Source: Bdellovibrionota bacterium
Lineage (GTDB): Bacteria; Bdellovibrionota_C; UBA2361; SZUA-149; CAZDWZ01
Length of the DNA stretch: 64,000 nucleotides
NCBI GenBank assembly: GCA_046328905.1
Contig: JAXLVP010000001.1
Location: forward strand, 46,731-110,730
Reading direction: 5' to 3'
Shown here: positions 9,288-18,483 of the stretch, piece by piece
Layout: each line of letters opens with the position of its first letter
How positions within the stretch are numbered: the first letter of the stretch is position 1
Notes under the pieces: model-generated
Database searches by the model: none
Told to the model about the DNA's origin: nothing
The model's input: only the letters and a program-made list of their open reading frames with translations
Program-made: the position numbers and the translations under genes

Positions 9288-10592
9288 ATGTTCGTCAGAT
9301 TGTTGAGCAGCGCAGTAGGCACCGTTCTGATTCCGTTTCTCTTTCTTCGAGCAGTGTTCGACGGACGCTGGAGACGTTCGCTCGAAGAACGCCGCGGGCT
9401 CGGCGGATGGCTTGATTCGTCCTGGCAGACACAGGATGTCATCTGGTTTCACGGGGCATCGGTCGGGGAGATCAACGGTCTTGCGCCGCTCCTCTCGGAA
9501 GTCAGGAAGCGCTTTCCCGCCGTGCATATCTTGGTTACCACAACGTCGCTTACCGGTCGGGACGAAGCTCAAAAACGGAGGCTCGGCGATAGCGTCCTGC
9601 TTTTCCCTCTCGATCATCCGAAATACGCGCGCCGGGTCCTGAATCGGGTGAAGCCCAAGGTGGTCGTGCTTGCCGAGACCGAGCTCTGGCCGAACTTCCT
9701 TTTCAGCGCTCGCGAGCTGAACATTCCGGTGCTGCTCGTCAATGGGAGAATCTCTTCTTACAGCTATCCGCAGTACACCCGCGCCCGAGCGTTTTTCCGT
9801 CCTGTTCTGCGCAGCCTTCGCCAAATCCTCGTGCAAACATCGACCGATGCAGAGCGGTTTATCGTGATCGGCGCCGAACCCGAACGGGTAACCGTTTGCG
9901 GTTCGACCAAATACTCTCATAGCAGCGCAACGCCTTCAGCGTCTGAGCGAACGGAATTTGCGGATCTGGTCGGCATTGATCCGAATCGGCCGTGTTTTGT
10001 TGCCGGTTCGGTGAGATCCGGTGAAGACGAGACTGTCATCCGAGCGTATCAGCAGGCGTTGAAGACGGTTCCGGGGCTGCAGATGATTATTGCTCCCCGA
10101 CATCCGGAACGTTTCGAAAAGGTGGCGCGGATGCTTCGAGACCGCGGGATCGCGTATCATCGACGCAGTGATGGGAAGCCTGCTGGACGCAATACTGTCG
10201 TTCTGCTCGATACAATCGGTGAGCTCGCTCGAGCTTATTCGATTGCTTCTTTTGCGTTTGTCGGAGGCTCGCTCGTGGATATCGGCGGCCATAATCCATT
10301 CGAACCCGCAGCGTTTCGCGAGCCGGTTCTCATGGGACCTCACACTTCGAACGTCGCAGACGCGGTCGAAGAGCTTTCCTCCGCGGGAGGGTTGATCCGT
10401 GTCGAGAATGAAACGGAGCTTGTCAGCTCGATAGTTCGGCTCGCAGAGCACCCGGACGAGTGCCTGCTTCGCGGCGCACAGGCCTTCGCGGTGTGGAAGC
10501 GCAGCTCCGGTGCTGTAGAGCGGGTGCTGCCGGTCCTTGAAACGTATCTCACTCCTGCGGCGTCGTTCGCGCCCGTTCAAGCGGCAATGTAG
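9288..10592 (+). CDS. waaA: 3-deoxy-D-manno-octulosonic acid (Kdo) transferase
   Basis: FHGASVGE motif, N-terminal TM, glycosyltransferase N/C domains. Start placed at ATG 9288 (ggagaagtggaaATG); the ORF-track start at 9120 overlaps msbA. Confidence 0.8.
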   Translation: MFVRLLSSAVGTVLIPFLFLRAVFDGRWRRSLEERRGLGGWLDSSWQTQDVIWFHGASVGEINGLAPLLSEVRKRFPAVHILVTTTSLTGRDEAQKRRLGDSVLLFPLDHPKYARRVLNRVKPKVVVLAETELWPNFLFSARELNIPVLLVNGRISSYSYPQYTRARAFFRPVLRSLRQILVQTSTDAERFIVIGAEPERVTVCGSTKYSHSSATPSASERTEFADLVGIDPNRPCFVAGSVRSGEDETVIRAYQQALKTVPGLQMIIAPRHPERFEKVARMLRDRGIAYHRRSDGKPAGRNTVVLLDTIGELARAYSIASFAFVGGSLVDIGGHNPFEPAAFREPVLMGPHTSNVADAVEELSSAGGLIRVENETELVSSIVRLAEHPDECLLRGAQAFAVWKRSSGAVERVLPVLETYLTPAASFAPVQAAM

Positions 10593-10602
10593 GGCTTTGC
10601 AG

Positions 10603-11982
10603 CTAAATCTGTGGGAACTGTAGGTGAGCGAGCTTTTCGGCTGGATCAAATTCCGGATCGAAGGCGAGCTCGACGCCCGCAGAGCGGCTGAGCCGAATCC
10701 GCATGGATTTCACCTCACCGAGCGACTCACCATCTAAGAATCCACTGAGCGGGCGCTTCTTTGGGTCGAGCGAAACAAACTCGACCGTGCTGTCAATTGG
10801 GAGCACAGAAAATTTCCAATCCGGGCGAAACACGTTCGATCCAACGAGCAGGAGCACCGGTGTGTTGAAGGGAATCGGCGCGCCGCCCATCGCTCGCGCG
10901 TAAGCAGCGGAGCCCGATGCCGTTGCGACCAGCACGCCGTCTGAGATGAGCCTGTCGATTCGCAGCTTTCCGTTGACCGAAACGGAGATCCATGCGGATT
11001 GACCCGTGGCTCGCTCCACCCAGGCATCGTTGAAAGCCAACCCGGTGTGAATCTCACCGTCAACCGTCTCGGTTTCCACCCAGAGGAGGGGAAGGTGATG
11101 GAGCACTAAGTCTCTCTCGCCGAGTGACGTTGCCGTATTGCGAGGCTGGTTGAGCAGAAAGCCCGTATGTCCGGCGTTGATACCGTAGAACGGGATTCGT
11201 TTGCGCCAGAACTGACGGATTGAGCGGAGCATCATCCCATCGCCCCCGATGACTACGAACAGGTCGGGGTTTTCAGATGAGCGTTTCGGGAAGTATTTGG
11301 CGAGTTTCAGTGCTTCGGGGTTCCGCTCATCAACGATGAGCTCGACGTTCGGTTTCGGAAAGCGTGTCGTGACCTTCGCGGCAAGCTTGATGCCGCGGTA
11401 AAGATTGTGGCGTTGAATGTACTGAGCGACCTGCTCCGGAAGAAGGTCTTTCACCGGCTGCATGCGAAACAGCTTGTCACGAATCTCCGCGCTGGAACCG
11501 ACCTCTTGCAGCTCGAAAAGGCGATGATTGGGCGGAAGGTCGCTCGGATCGAGATGGTAGCTCGGCCGTGTGAAGACGGCGAAATGCGCCTGATTCCAGA
11601 GATTGCGCCCGTTACGCCAGCTCTGCTGGATCTGGGAAGTACCGTTTGCTCCTCCCGCAACGAGATCTGCGCCCACCACGTGCCATGGAACGCCGTCTTT
11701 CGAGTAGCGCCTGTCTAAGTCTTCTGTGCGAGTGAACTCCTCGCTCTCGAGGTCGAACAGGTCGACAATTACTTTCGGGACGTCGCGAAACGCCATGTCC
11801 ACCATCGCAGCACGATAGACGGACGGAATGTCGTCGGTTCCCGGTTTGTCGGGCCGAGGCCCGCAGGGGACGACGATCAGCTCATCGAAGTGCTTTGCAA
11901 GCTCGCGCGCGATCTCGAGATGGTGGTTCGCGGGCGGGTTGAAGCTCCCTCCGAAAATCGCTCGTTGTTTCTCACCGGGCAT
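10603..11982 (-). CDS. bifunctional nicotinamide/nicotinate mononucleotide adenylyltransferase (eukaryotic-type) / NAD kinase fusion
   Basis: N-terminal AIFGGSFNPPANHHLEIARELAKHF aligns with GSFNPITNMHL of eukaryotic-type NMNAT. C-terminal half has NAD kinase motifs VVIGGDGMMLRS (GGDG) and NDAWVERA (NE/D), plus ATASGSAAY. Confidence 0.7.
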   Translation of the reverse strand: MPGEKQRAIFGGSFNPPANHHLEIARELAKHFDELIVVPCGPRPDKPGTDDIPSVYRAAMVDMAFRDVPKVIVDLFDLESEEFTRTEDLDRRYSKDGVPWHVVGADLVAGGANGTSQIQQSWRNGRNLWNQAHFAVFTRPSYHLDPSDLPPNHRLFELQEVGSSAEIRDKLFRMQPVKDLLPEQVAQYIQRHNLYRGIKLAAKVTTRFPKPNVELIVDERNPEALKLAKYFPKRSSENPDLFVVIGGDGMMLRSIRQFWRKRIPFYGINAGHTGFLLNQPRNTATSLGERDLVLHHLPLLWVETETVDGEIHTGLAFNDAWVERATGQSAWISVSVNGKLRIDRLISDGVLVATASGSAAYARAMGGAPIPFNTPVLLLVGSNVFRPDWKFSVLPIDSTVEFVSLDPKKRPLSGFLDGESLGEVKSMRIRLSRSAGVELAFDPEFDPAEKLAHLQFPQI

Positions 11983-11998
11983 CCGTTTGCTCCTCGTT

Positions 11999-14020
11999 TC
12001 AGCTTCTCGGGTCGGCCTGCGAATCGACGTACCGCTTCAGCTCGTCGAGCTCTCGACGATACCCTCCGGAGAGAATTGGGAACCGGCACCAGGTTTTCGG
12101 GTCGAGGCTTTCACTATCCAGATGAAACGACGGGGCATAACGTTCCCGTTTCCATTGGTTTCTGCACCAGAGAGTGAAAAACCGCGTGATCCAGGTGCAC
12201 AGATCCTGGTTGGAATAGGGGACCTCGGACGCACGAATCCGCTGAAAAATCTCGAGAGGAGAGAGCCGATCGAGCAGCGCTGCCCGCTCGATTTCGTCGA
12301 GAAGCTCATAGGGCATGAGGTCGCCCTCGTCAGTCTGCTTGCTTCCCGGAGGGCGAAGCTCAGCGGTCGGCTGCTGAGCGGTCACATACGAAAGCGCAGG
12401 GAGAGGGGACAACCCGCAAGCTCCGTGCCGTTCCATCCAAACCAGCCACTTCCTGATAAATGCCTTGTCGATTCCGCCGAGCGGACTGATCGAGCCCGCG
12501 GTGTCGCCGTCCATCGTCGAATATCCGACCGCCGCTTCCGACCTGTTGCTCGTGACGAGCAATAACGCGTTCCTGAGGTTGGCAAGCAACCAAACACCCG
12601 GTGCTCGGACCCTTGCTTGAATGTTTTGTAGCGCGAGATCATCACGATTCCAGGCGAGCTCCCGACCAAGCACGTGCTCGATCTTAGAGATGTAGGTGTG
12701 TACGAGATCGCCGATCTCCAGCTCTGCAAATTCCGCTCCGATCGCCCTGCTTAGCTCCCGTGCGGCAGTCCGCGTGACATCAGAGCTGTTCTCTGTCGCT
12801 TGGTAGACGCACATGAGCAGCGCACGGACGATGTCCGCATCGGTGCCGTCTTCTGACAGTGTTGGAGTCGGGGGAAGCTTCGCGAGGAATGCTTCTTTCC
12901 CGATTTCTCGAACGCCGAGTGTCACCATCGTCGCCACCAAAACAGCGGTAGTCGACGAGTCTGCACCACCGCTCAGTGAAATTACGAAACCACTCGAACG
13001 GCTTTTCCTCAAGTAGTCATAGAGTGCAAGCGCTTCTGCCCGGAGGAACTCTTCATTCTTGATTTCGTCGCTCCGTTCCCATTCTGCAAGCGCGAGGAGG
13101 TTTTGCTTCGGGACGGGCTTTGGAAAAGTGAAGGGGACCGCTACGCACTCGTCGCCGGGGCCTCCCAACTGCGGGCTGAAGCTTGCCGGCTCAGAGCGGC
13201 GTGAGCGCGAGGCGTCGATGTCGATGAGAGCGCTCGTGAGCACGACATCCCGAAATGAGAATCGCGGTCCGACAGCTTCCAATTCACCGGAGCTGGCGAT
13301 GAGGGCGCCGCCATCGTAAATCGCTCGTCCGCTCTCATTGCCCAAGTGATTGGCGTAAACGTAGCTTAGTCCAAACGCACGAGAACCTTCGAGAACGAAC
13401 CGCTTTCGTGTCTCGAATTTGCCGAACGCAAAATGGCTGGCGCTGGGGTTGAGCAGGATGTCGACTCCTTTCAGCGCGAGCGACGATCCCGGTCGATTGG
13501 CGACCCAGGCGTCTTCGCAAATTTCGAAGCCGACTCGAACTCCACCGCAATCGAAGTAGATATCCCCGCACGGAATCTTCTCACCATCGAGCTCGATGGT
13601 CGTGCGATACTCGGCGGGCCATGCCTTGAACCATCGAGGCTCGTAGTAGATGCCGCCTCCGGCCAGAAATTGCTTTGCGACGAACCCTCGCACCTTGCCG
13701 TCCGCGACAAGACAAGCGGTGTTGAAGAGCGTGCCCTGCACCCTGAGCGGCAATCCGATTGACGCAATGATGCCCTTGGTCTCGGGAAGCACCTCGCGAA
13801 GAACCGCGAGGGAGGTGTATTCGACGGACGGGTGGTAAAACGCGTCTTCACACCCGTATCCGCTGATGACGAGCTCCGGAAGGCAGACGACACTGACGCT
13901 CTGTGCCCTTGCGGCGCGCAGTGCTTCGATAATCCGCTGCTTATTGCCCTCCCAATCAAGGGGCGTTTGATTCAAGACCGCAGCTGCGACCTTCACCAGC
14001 TTCATCGCTCTGTGCTCCAA
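11999..14020 (-). CDS. nadE: glutamine-dependent NAD+ synthetase (N-terminal CN-hydrolase domain + NAD synthetase domain)
   Basis: N-terminal nitrilase-like domain (catalytic region VVCLPEL...E...C). C-terminal PP-loop SLSGGADSS. 673 aa; alternative start at M6 (14005). Confidence 0.85.
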   Translation of the reverse strand: MEHRAMKLVKVAAAVLNQTPLDWEGNKQRIIEALRAARAQSVSVVCLPELVISGYGCEDAFYHPSVEYTSLAVLREVLPETKGIIASIGLPLRVQGTLFNTACLVADGKVRGFVAKQFLAGGGIYYEPRWFKAWPAEYRTTIELDGEKIPCGDIYFDCGGVRVGFEICEDAWVANRPGSSLALKGVDILLNPSASHFAFGKFETRKRFVLEGSRAFGLSYVYANHLGNESGRAIYDGGALIASSGELEAVGPRFSFRDVVLTSALIDIDASRSRRSEPASFSPQLGGPGDECVAVPFTFPKPVPKQNLLALAEWERSDEIKNEEFLRAEALALYDYLRKSRSSGFVISLSGGADSSTTAVLVATMVTLGVREIGKEAFLAKLPPTPTLSEDGTDADIVRALLMCVYQATENSSDVTRTAARELSRAIGAEFAELEIGDLVHTYISKIEHVLGRELAWNRDDLALQNIQARVRAPGVWLLANLRNALLLVTSNRSEAAVGYSTMDGDTAGSISPLGGIDKAFIRKWLVWMERHGACGLSPLPALSYVTAQQPTAELRPPGSKQTDEGDLMPYELLDEIERAALLDRLSPLEIFQRIRASEVPYSNQDLCTWITRFFTLWCRNQWKRERYAPSFHLDSESLDPKTWCRFPILSGGYRRELDELKRYVDSQADPRS

Positions 14021-14209
14021 CGGTCGAGAGACATATCAAATAAAATTTCCACGCAGCCGAGCTCCACGTTTGTCCACCTGCCTAAGTATTTGATTTTACC
14101 ATAGTTTGGCGCTAAACGCTTGTTGTGAGCCGGTTGATTCCCGCGGTTTGCGGGTGTATATTTCCACCGTTTTAATCACTTCATTCCCGCGAAGTCTATA
14201 ACTCCAGTT

Positions 14210-14674
14210 ATGAAAGGCAACGAACAGAGCAATGTCCATCACGCGTCGGTCGATTGGGTGAAGAGCGACCCTCAAATCCCGGCTCTTAAGGAGCGCGTGA
14301 TTGCGCACGCGGATTATCTCAGCTTGGTGATAGCGACCTCCCGCCAAAAGATTGTGGCGATTGAGGCTCAGATGAGCTCGAAGCTCGGCTCACTCTCTCC
14401 CGAAGGCAGTAGGGCGTTACTTCAGGTGCGCAGGATTATCAGCGCGGTGGAGGGACGGTTGGACCGTTTGACCGCGGCTTTGAACGAGAGCACCGACACC
14501 GCAATCTACGGCGCCGTGAAGTTGACATTGCAAGAGATCGCGGTTCCGCACGATGCGGTGCACGCGCTCATCACTGAAGCTCCACCGCCGCCGATCAATC
14601 CGCAGACGCTGCAGCATACGTTGAGCTCGCTGTTTGCGAAGATGAAATTCACCCGAGCGGAACGCTCGTTCTGA
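14210..14674 (+). CDS. hypothetical protein
   Basis: 154 aa ORF in an otherwise empty interval, convergent on rel. No recognisable motif, weak RBS. Confidence 0.35.
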   Translation: MKGNEQSNVHHASVDWVKSDPQIPALKERVIAHADYLSLVIATSRQKIVAIEAQMSSKLGSLSPEGSRALLQVRRIISAVEGRLDRLTAALNESTDTAIYGAVKLTLQEIAVPHDAVHALITEAPPPPINPQTLQHTLSSLFAKMKFTRAERSF

Positions 14675-14675
14675 G

Positions 14676-16850
14676 TTACTCGTCCGAGTATCGATGTCGT
14701 TCGATGCGAATGACACCGTCGACCTTCTCGATGGCGCGCGTGATCGTGTCGAGCTGCCCGCTGCTCTCGATATTTACTTCGAAGCTCGAGAGGGCTTTGC
14801 CGTGGGGTGTCGAATTCACCTGAGCGTTCACAATATTCGCGCCTGCGTTTGAGATACACTGGGTGAGCGCTGCCAAGATTCCAACCCGATCGGCTGAGAG
14901 AACGTGAAGCCGAATGCGGCGTGTGGTCTTTACGGTGTCGTCCCACGTAACTGGAATCAGGCGCCGAGGGTCGAAGCTGAGGGTTTGCGGACAGCCTCGA
15001 GTATGAATCGCAACTCCGCGGCCCCGAGTCACATAGCCGACAAGCTCGTTTCCAGGCAGCGGCTCGCAACATTTCGCGAAGCGGAACACGACGTCGTCGT
15101 ATCCGTTGACTTTGACCCCCGCTTTCTCACGGAAGACCTTGGCTGCCCTTTGGAATATCCGCTGCAGCGCCGAGTCTTCCTTCTCGAGCTTCGAGTCGAG
15201 GTCGGATTCTTCAGGGACAAGCAGTGTGATCACCTGTTTCGTTGAGATCTTTCCGTAGCCGATCTCAGCGAGCAGAATATCGATCTCCTTCAGGCCGAGC
15301 TCATCAGCGGCTTTCTGCAAGCGGCCGTCTTTGAGCACCGAGCTGTAGCTCAGCTTCACCTGGCGGAGGTCCTTGGTCATCAACTCTTTTCCGACCGTGA
15401 TGGAACGCTCTCGTTCAGCGGCTTTGAGAAAGCTCCTGATGCGCTGTTTCGCCTTATTGGTTGCGACGAGGTTGAGCCAGTCTTTGCTCGGCGACTGCGT
15501 TTTCGATGTAATGATCTCGACGGTGTCACCATTCTGCAGTCGATAGGAGAGGCCTACCTGCTGTCCGTTTACCCGTGCTCCGACACAATGGTGTCCGACC
15601 TCCGAGTGAATGTAGTACGCGAAATCGATTGGTGTGGATGTGCTTGCGAGCGCGATGAGGTCCCCTTTCGGCGAAAAGACAAAGACCTCTTGCGAGAAGA
15701 GATCCTCTTTGACCGTCGACAGGAACTCAATCGGATCTTTCAGCGTCTGTTCGGATTCGACGAGATCCCGAAGCCACGTGAACTGAAACCCCTCCCGAGC
15801 GATAGCTTTCTTACCGTCAGCAGTTTCTTTGTAAATCCAGTGTGCGGCGATTCCCCGCTCGGCGACATCGTGCATCTCCTGGGTTCGGATCTGAATTTCT
15901 ATCCGCGCACCCTTCGGTCCGATGACCGTCGTATGGAGGGACTGGTAATTGTTCGGCTTCGGCATCGCGATGTAGTCTTTGAAGCGTCCGGGAATGGGCT
16001 TCCAAGCGGCATGCACGAGTCCGAGCGCGGTATAGCAGTCCATCAATGTCGGAACGATGATGCGGAATGCAATGAGGTCGTAGATCTCGCTGAAATCCAG
16101 GCCTTCGCGCTCCATTTTTTCGTAAATGGAATAGAAGTGCTTCGGCCGGCCGGAGACGTCACCGGTAATATTGTTCTGTGCAAGCTCTCGAGTAATAAGC
16201 TGGGTGACGTCCTTGATGTACGCCTCACGCTCTCGCTTGCTTTCGCTCACGTGTTTTTTGATGCTTTCGTACGCAGCCGGTTTGAGGAAGCGGAGGCTGA
16301 GGTCCTCGAGCTCGGACTTCATCCAATAGATGCCCAGGCGGTGGCAGAGCGGGGCATAGATGTCGAGAGTTTCTTGCGCGATTCTGGTTCGGCGTCCCTC
16401 GGAGAGAAACTCGAGCGTGCGCATGTTGTGGAGGCGATCGCACAGCTTGATCAGAAGCACGCGGATATCTCTCGCCATCGCGAGAAGCATTTTGCGGAAG
16501 TTCTCAGCTTGCGCCTCTGCCCGTGAGCTGAAATTGACCTGGCTGAGCTTCGTGACTCCGTCGACGAGCTCGGCGATCTCCTTTCCGAAGTCCGCGCTGA
16601 TCTGGGTGAGCGAAACGGCAGTGTCTTCGACCGTGTCATGGAGGAGGGCGGTCGCAACGGACTGGACATCGAGGCGGAGCTTGGTAACGAGAAAGGCGAC
16701 TTCCTGAACGTGAGTTACGTAAGGCTCACCGGAAGCCCGGGTTTGGCCCTGGTGCTTCTCACGTACAAAGGCGTACGCTTTGCGGACAAGCTCGACGTCC
16801 GCATTCGGCAGGTAGTCCTGTACTGCGCCTATGATCTCTTGTAGTGTCAC
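14676..16850 (-). CDS. rel: bifunctional (p)ppGpp synthetase/hydrolase RelA/SpoT family
   Basis: 724 aa. HD hydrolase (HD motif in ...LLHDTVEDT), synthetase domain, TGS and C-terminal ACT. Downstream of rpoZ as in the canonical rpoZ-spoT arrangement. Confidence 0.9.
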   Translation of the reverse strand: MTLQEIIGAVQDYLPNADVELVRKAYAFVREKHQGQTRASGEPYVTHVQEVAFLVTKLRLDVQSVATALLHDTVEDTAVSLTQISADFGKEIAELVDGVTKLSQVNFSSRAEAQAENFRKMLLAMARDIRVLLIKLCDRLHNMRTLEFLSEGRRTRIAQETLDIYAPLCHRLGIYWMKSELEDLSLRFLKPAAYESIKKHVSESKREREAYIKDVTQLITRELAQNNITGDVSGRPKHFYSIYEKMEREGLDFSEIYDLIAFRIIVPTLMDCYTALGLVHAAWKPIPGRFKDYIAMPKPNNYQSLHTTVIGPKGARIEIQIRTQEMHDVAERGIAAHWIYKETADGKKAIAREGFQFTWLRDLVESEQTLKDPIEFLSTVKEDLFSQEVFVFSPKGDLIALASTSTPIDFAYYIHSEVGHHCVGARVNGQQVGLSYRLQNGDTVEIITSKTQSPSKDWLNLVATNKAKQRIRSFLKAAERERSITVGKELMTKDLRQVKLSYSSVLKDGRLQKAADELGLKEIDILLAEIGYGKISTKQVITLLVPEESDLDSKLEKEDSALQRIFQRAAKVFREKAGVKVNGYDDVVFRFAKCCEPLPGNELVGYVTRGRGVAIHTRGCPQTLSFDPRRLIPVTWDDTVKTTRRIRLHVLSADRVGILAALTQCISNAGANIVNAQVNSTPHGKALSSFEVNIESSGQLDTITRAIEKVDGVIRIERHRYSDE

Positions 16851-17049
16851 CGCACATCCATGCTCGTCGTGTTCCGCGAAGTACGATCTTTCAAACGCAC
16901 CTGTGGAACATCGTCATCAATCACGAGCCGACAGTGCTCGGCAAAATGGCTGAGCACCGGTCGGCACGGGGAATTTGACTGCTGAGGAAATGTCGGCCAA
17001 CGAGCGGCGGATCTTTTCGGAAAAAAACCTGAAGTTCACTGAGGAGGTT

Positions 17050-17286
17050 TCAGTGGCTTACGCCGGTCTCCGAAGGAGTCGTTTCCAGTTCCCCTTCAGT
17101 CTTCTTGAAGCGAACCTTGCCGTCGGCAATTTCACGCAAAGCGGAGACAATCGCCCGGTTTCCCTTGGTGTCCGTCACCGGCGACTGACCGGAGAGAAGC
17201 TGCTTGGCCCGGCGCGACGCGAGGCGAACAAGTGCAAAACGATTTCGTTCGTTATTCAAACAGTCTTCTACGGTAATACGTGCCAT
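17050..17286 (-). CDS. rpoZ: DNA-directed RNA polymerase subunit omega
   Basis: MARITVEDCLNNERNRFALVRLASRRAKQL is the conserved RpoZ N-terminus. Start set at internal ATG 17286. Confidence 0.75.
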   Translation of the reverse strand: MARITVEDCLNNERNRFALVRLASRRAKQLLSGQSPVTDTKGNRAIVSALREIADGKVRFKKTEGELETTPSETGVSH

Positions 17287-17613
17287 TTGTGAGTTCCTGT
17301 TCCTTACGTTACAGTGCCGCAATTCCAATCAAAAAGCGGCACCTCGGTCATTATCAACGGCGCTCCGGGCTCCCACCAGTGAACTCGATTATAGTAAATC
17401 CAGTCACCCGAATCCGCAGATCCAGACCTACTCCGATGAGCAGTGCTGGAGCGAGATTCAAGCCTGCAAGCGGCGGTGCTTGTCAGCCGCAAACGCCCTT
17501 ATGCGACCGCGGCGTGCGATCACTGCTGGTGCGCCGAATTTGTTTTCAGATCGTTTGTGCTAGATCTTTGGGGCAGACTGCCAACAAATTAACTAACGTA
17601 TATTACCATAGAA

Positions 17614-18456
17614 TTGCAACCGATGGAATCAGGTAAGGAACGCGAGCGGTTATCTCGGAAGGAGCGGCGGCAGCTGCTTCTGGTTAGGGGCCCACGGTTT
17701 ATGCGCGAGAAACTCCACGGGAAGGTGTTTCTCGTTCCGAGCAGCGTGACCGTTGTCGGAATTTTCTGTGGTTTCTTAGCGATTATTAGCGCAATTAAGC
17801 TCAACTTCGAGTACGCGACCAAGTGTATCGGGCTCGCGATTATTCTTGATGGAATCGATGGGCGTGTTGCTAGGAGGCTGAACGCAACGAGCGCGTTCGG
17901 CAAAGAGTTCGATTCGCTCAGCGACCTCATTGCCTTCGGGGTAGCTCCGGCTGTGCTCTTTTACTGTTGGGCGTTCGGAGCGTCCGCCGACGAGATCGGT
18001 GTGCTCGCTTGCTTCGTCTACGTCGTTTCTGCGGCGGCTCGCCTGGCACGGTTCAATGTCGAAACTACGGGCGATCCGAAGTCCCACTTTGTCGGATTGC
18101 CTAGCCCGGGCGCAGCGGCTGCGATTGCATCCGTTGTTTACGCTTATCCGGCGCCGGTCGAAAACGATTGGGCTGTCGGATTTCTCCTCATCTATATGGT
18201 TGTCGTCGGTTTCATGATGGTCTCGACGGTACCGTTTTTTAGTGTGAAGAAGATTAAGTTCACTCGCGATCAGCAGAAGGTCTATCTCATCGCCCTGGCG
18301 CTTTTCGTTGCGCTTGCCTGGAAATACAATCGCCTGGTCATTTTGCTGATCTCCGTATCCTATGCACTGAGCGGCTTGGTTTCGTTTCTCGTTCGGACAG
18401 GCCGCGCGTCGGCCGGCGAAGATGTGCAGCCTAAGGTGCCGAACGCAAGCGCCTAA
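17614..18456 (+). CDS. pssA: CDP-diacylglycerol--serine O-phosphatidyltransferase
   Basis: CDP-alcohol phosphatidyltransferase motif DGIDGRVARRLNATSAFGKEFDSLSDLIAFG, multiple TM segments. Confidence 0.8.
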   Translation: MQPMESGKERERLSRKERRQLLLVRGPRFMREKLHGKVFLVPSSVTVVGIFCGFLAIISAIKLNFEYATKCIGLAIILDGIDGRVARRLNATSAFGKEFDSLSDLIAFGVAPAVLFYCWAFGASADEIGVLACFVYVVSAAARLARFNVETTGDPKSHFVGLPSPGAAAAIASVVYAYPAPVENDWAVGFLLIYMVVVGFMMVSTVPFFSVKKIKFTRDQQKVYLIALALFVALAWKYNRLVILLISVSYALSGLVSFLVRTGRASAGEDVQPKVPNASA

Positions 18457-18483
18457 GGGATGCGTTCAAGCGACTCAGTGAGC

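Noticed and set aside
7634-10649. Three long minus-strand ORFs (7634..8506, 9024..9920, 9936..10649)
   Set aside because: All lie antisense to msbA/waaA. Arg/Ser-rich, no motifs. High-GC artefacts.
15588-16526. 312-aa plus-strand ORF
   Set aside because: Antisense to rel (RelA/SpoT), which is unambiguous on the minus strand.
17018-17056. Possible Rho-independent terminator after rpoZ (5-bp stem + T7 on minus strand)
   Set aside because: Stem too short and loop too long (15 nt) for confidence. rel follows rpoZ and is probably co-transcribed.
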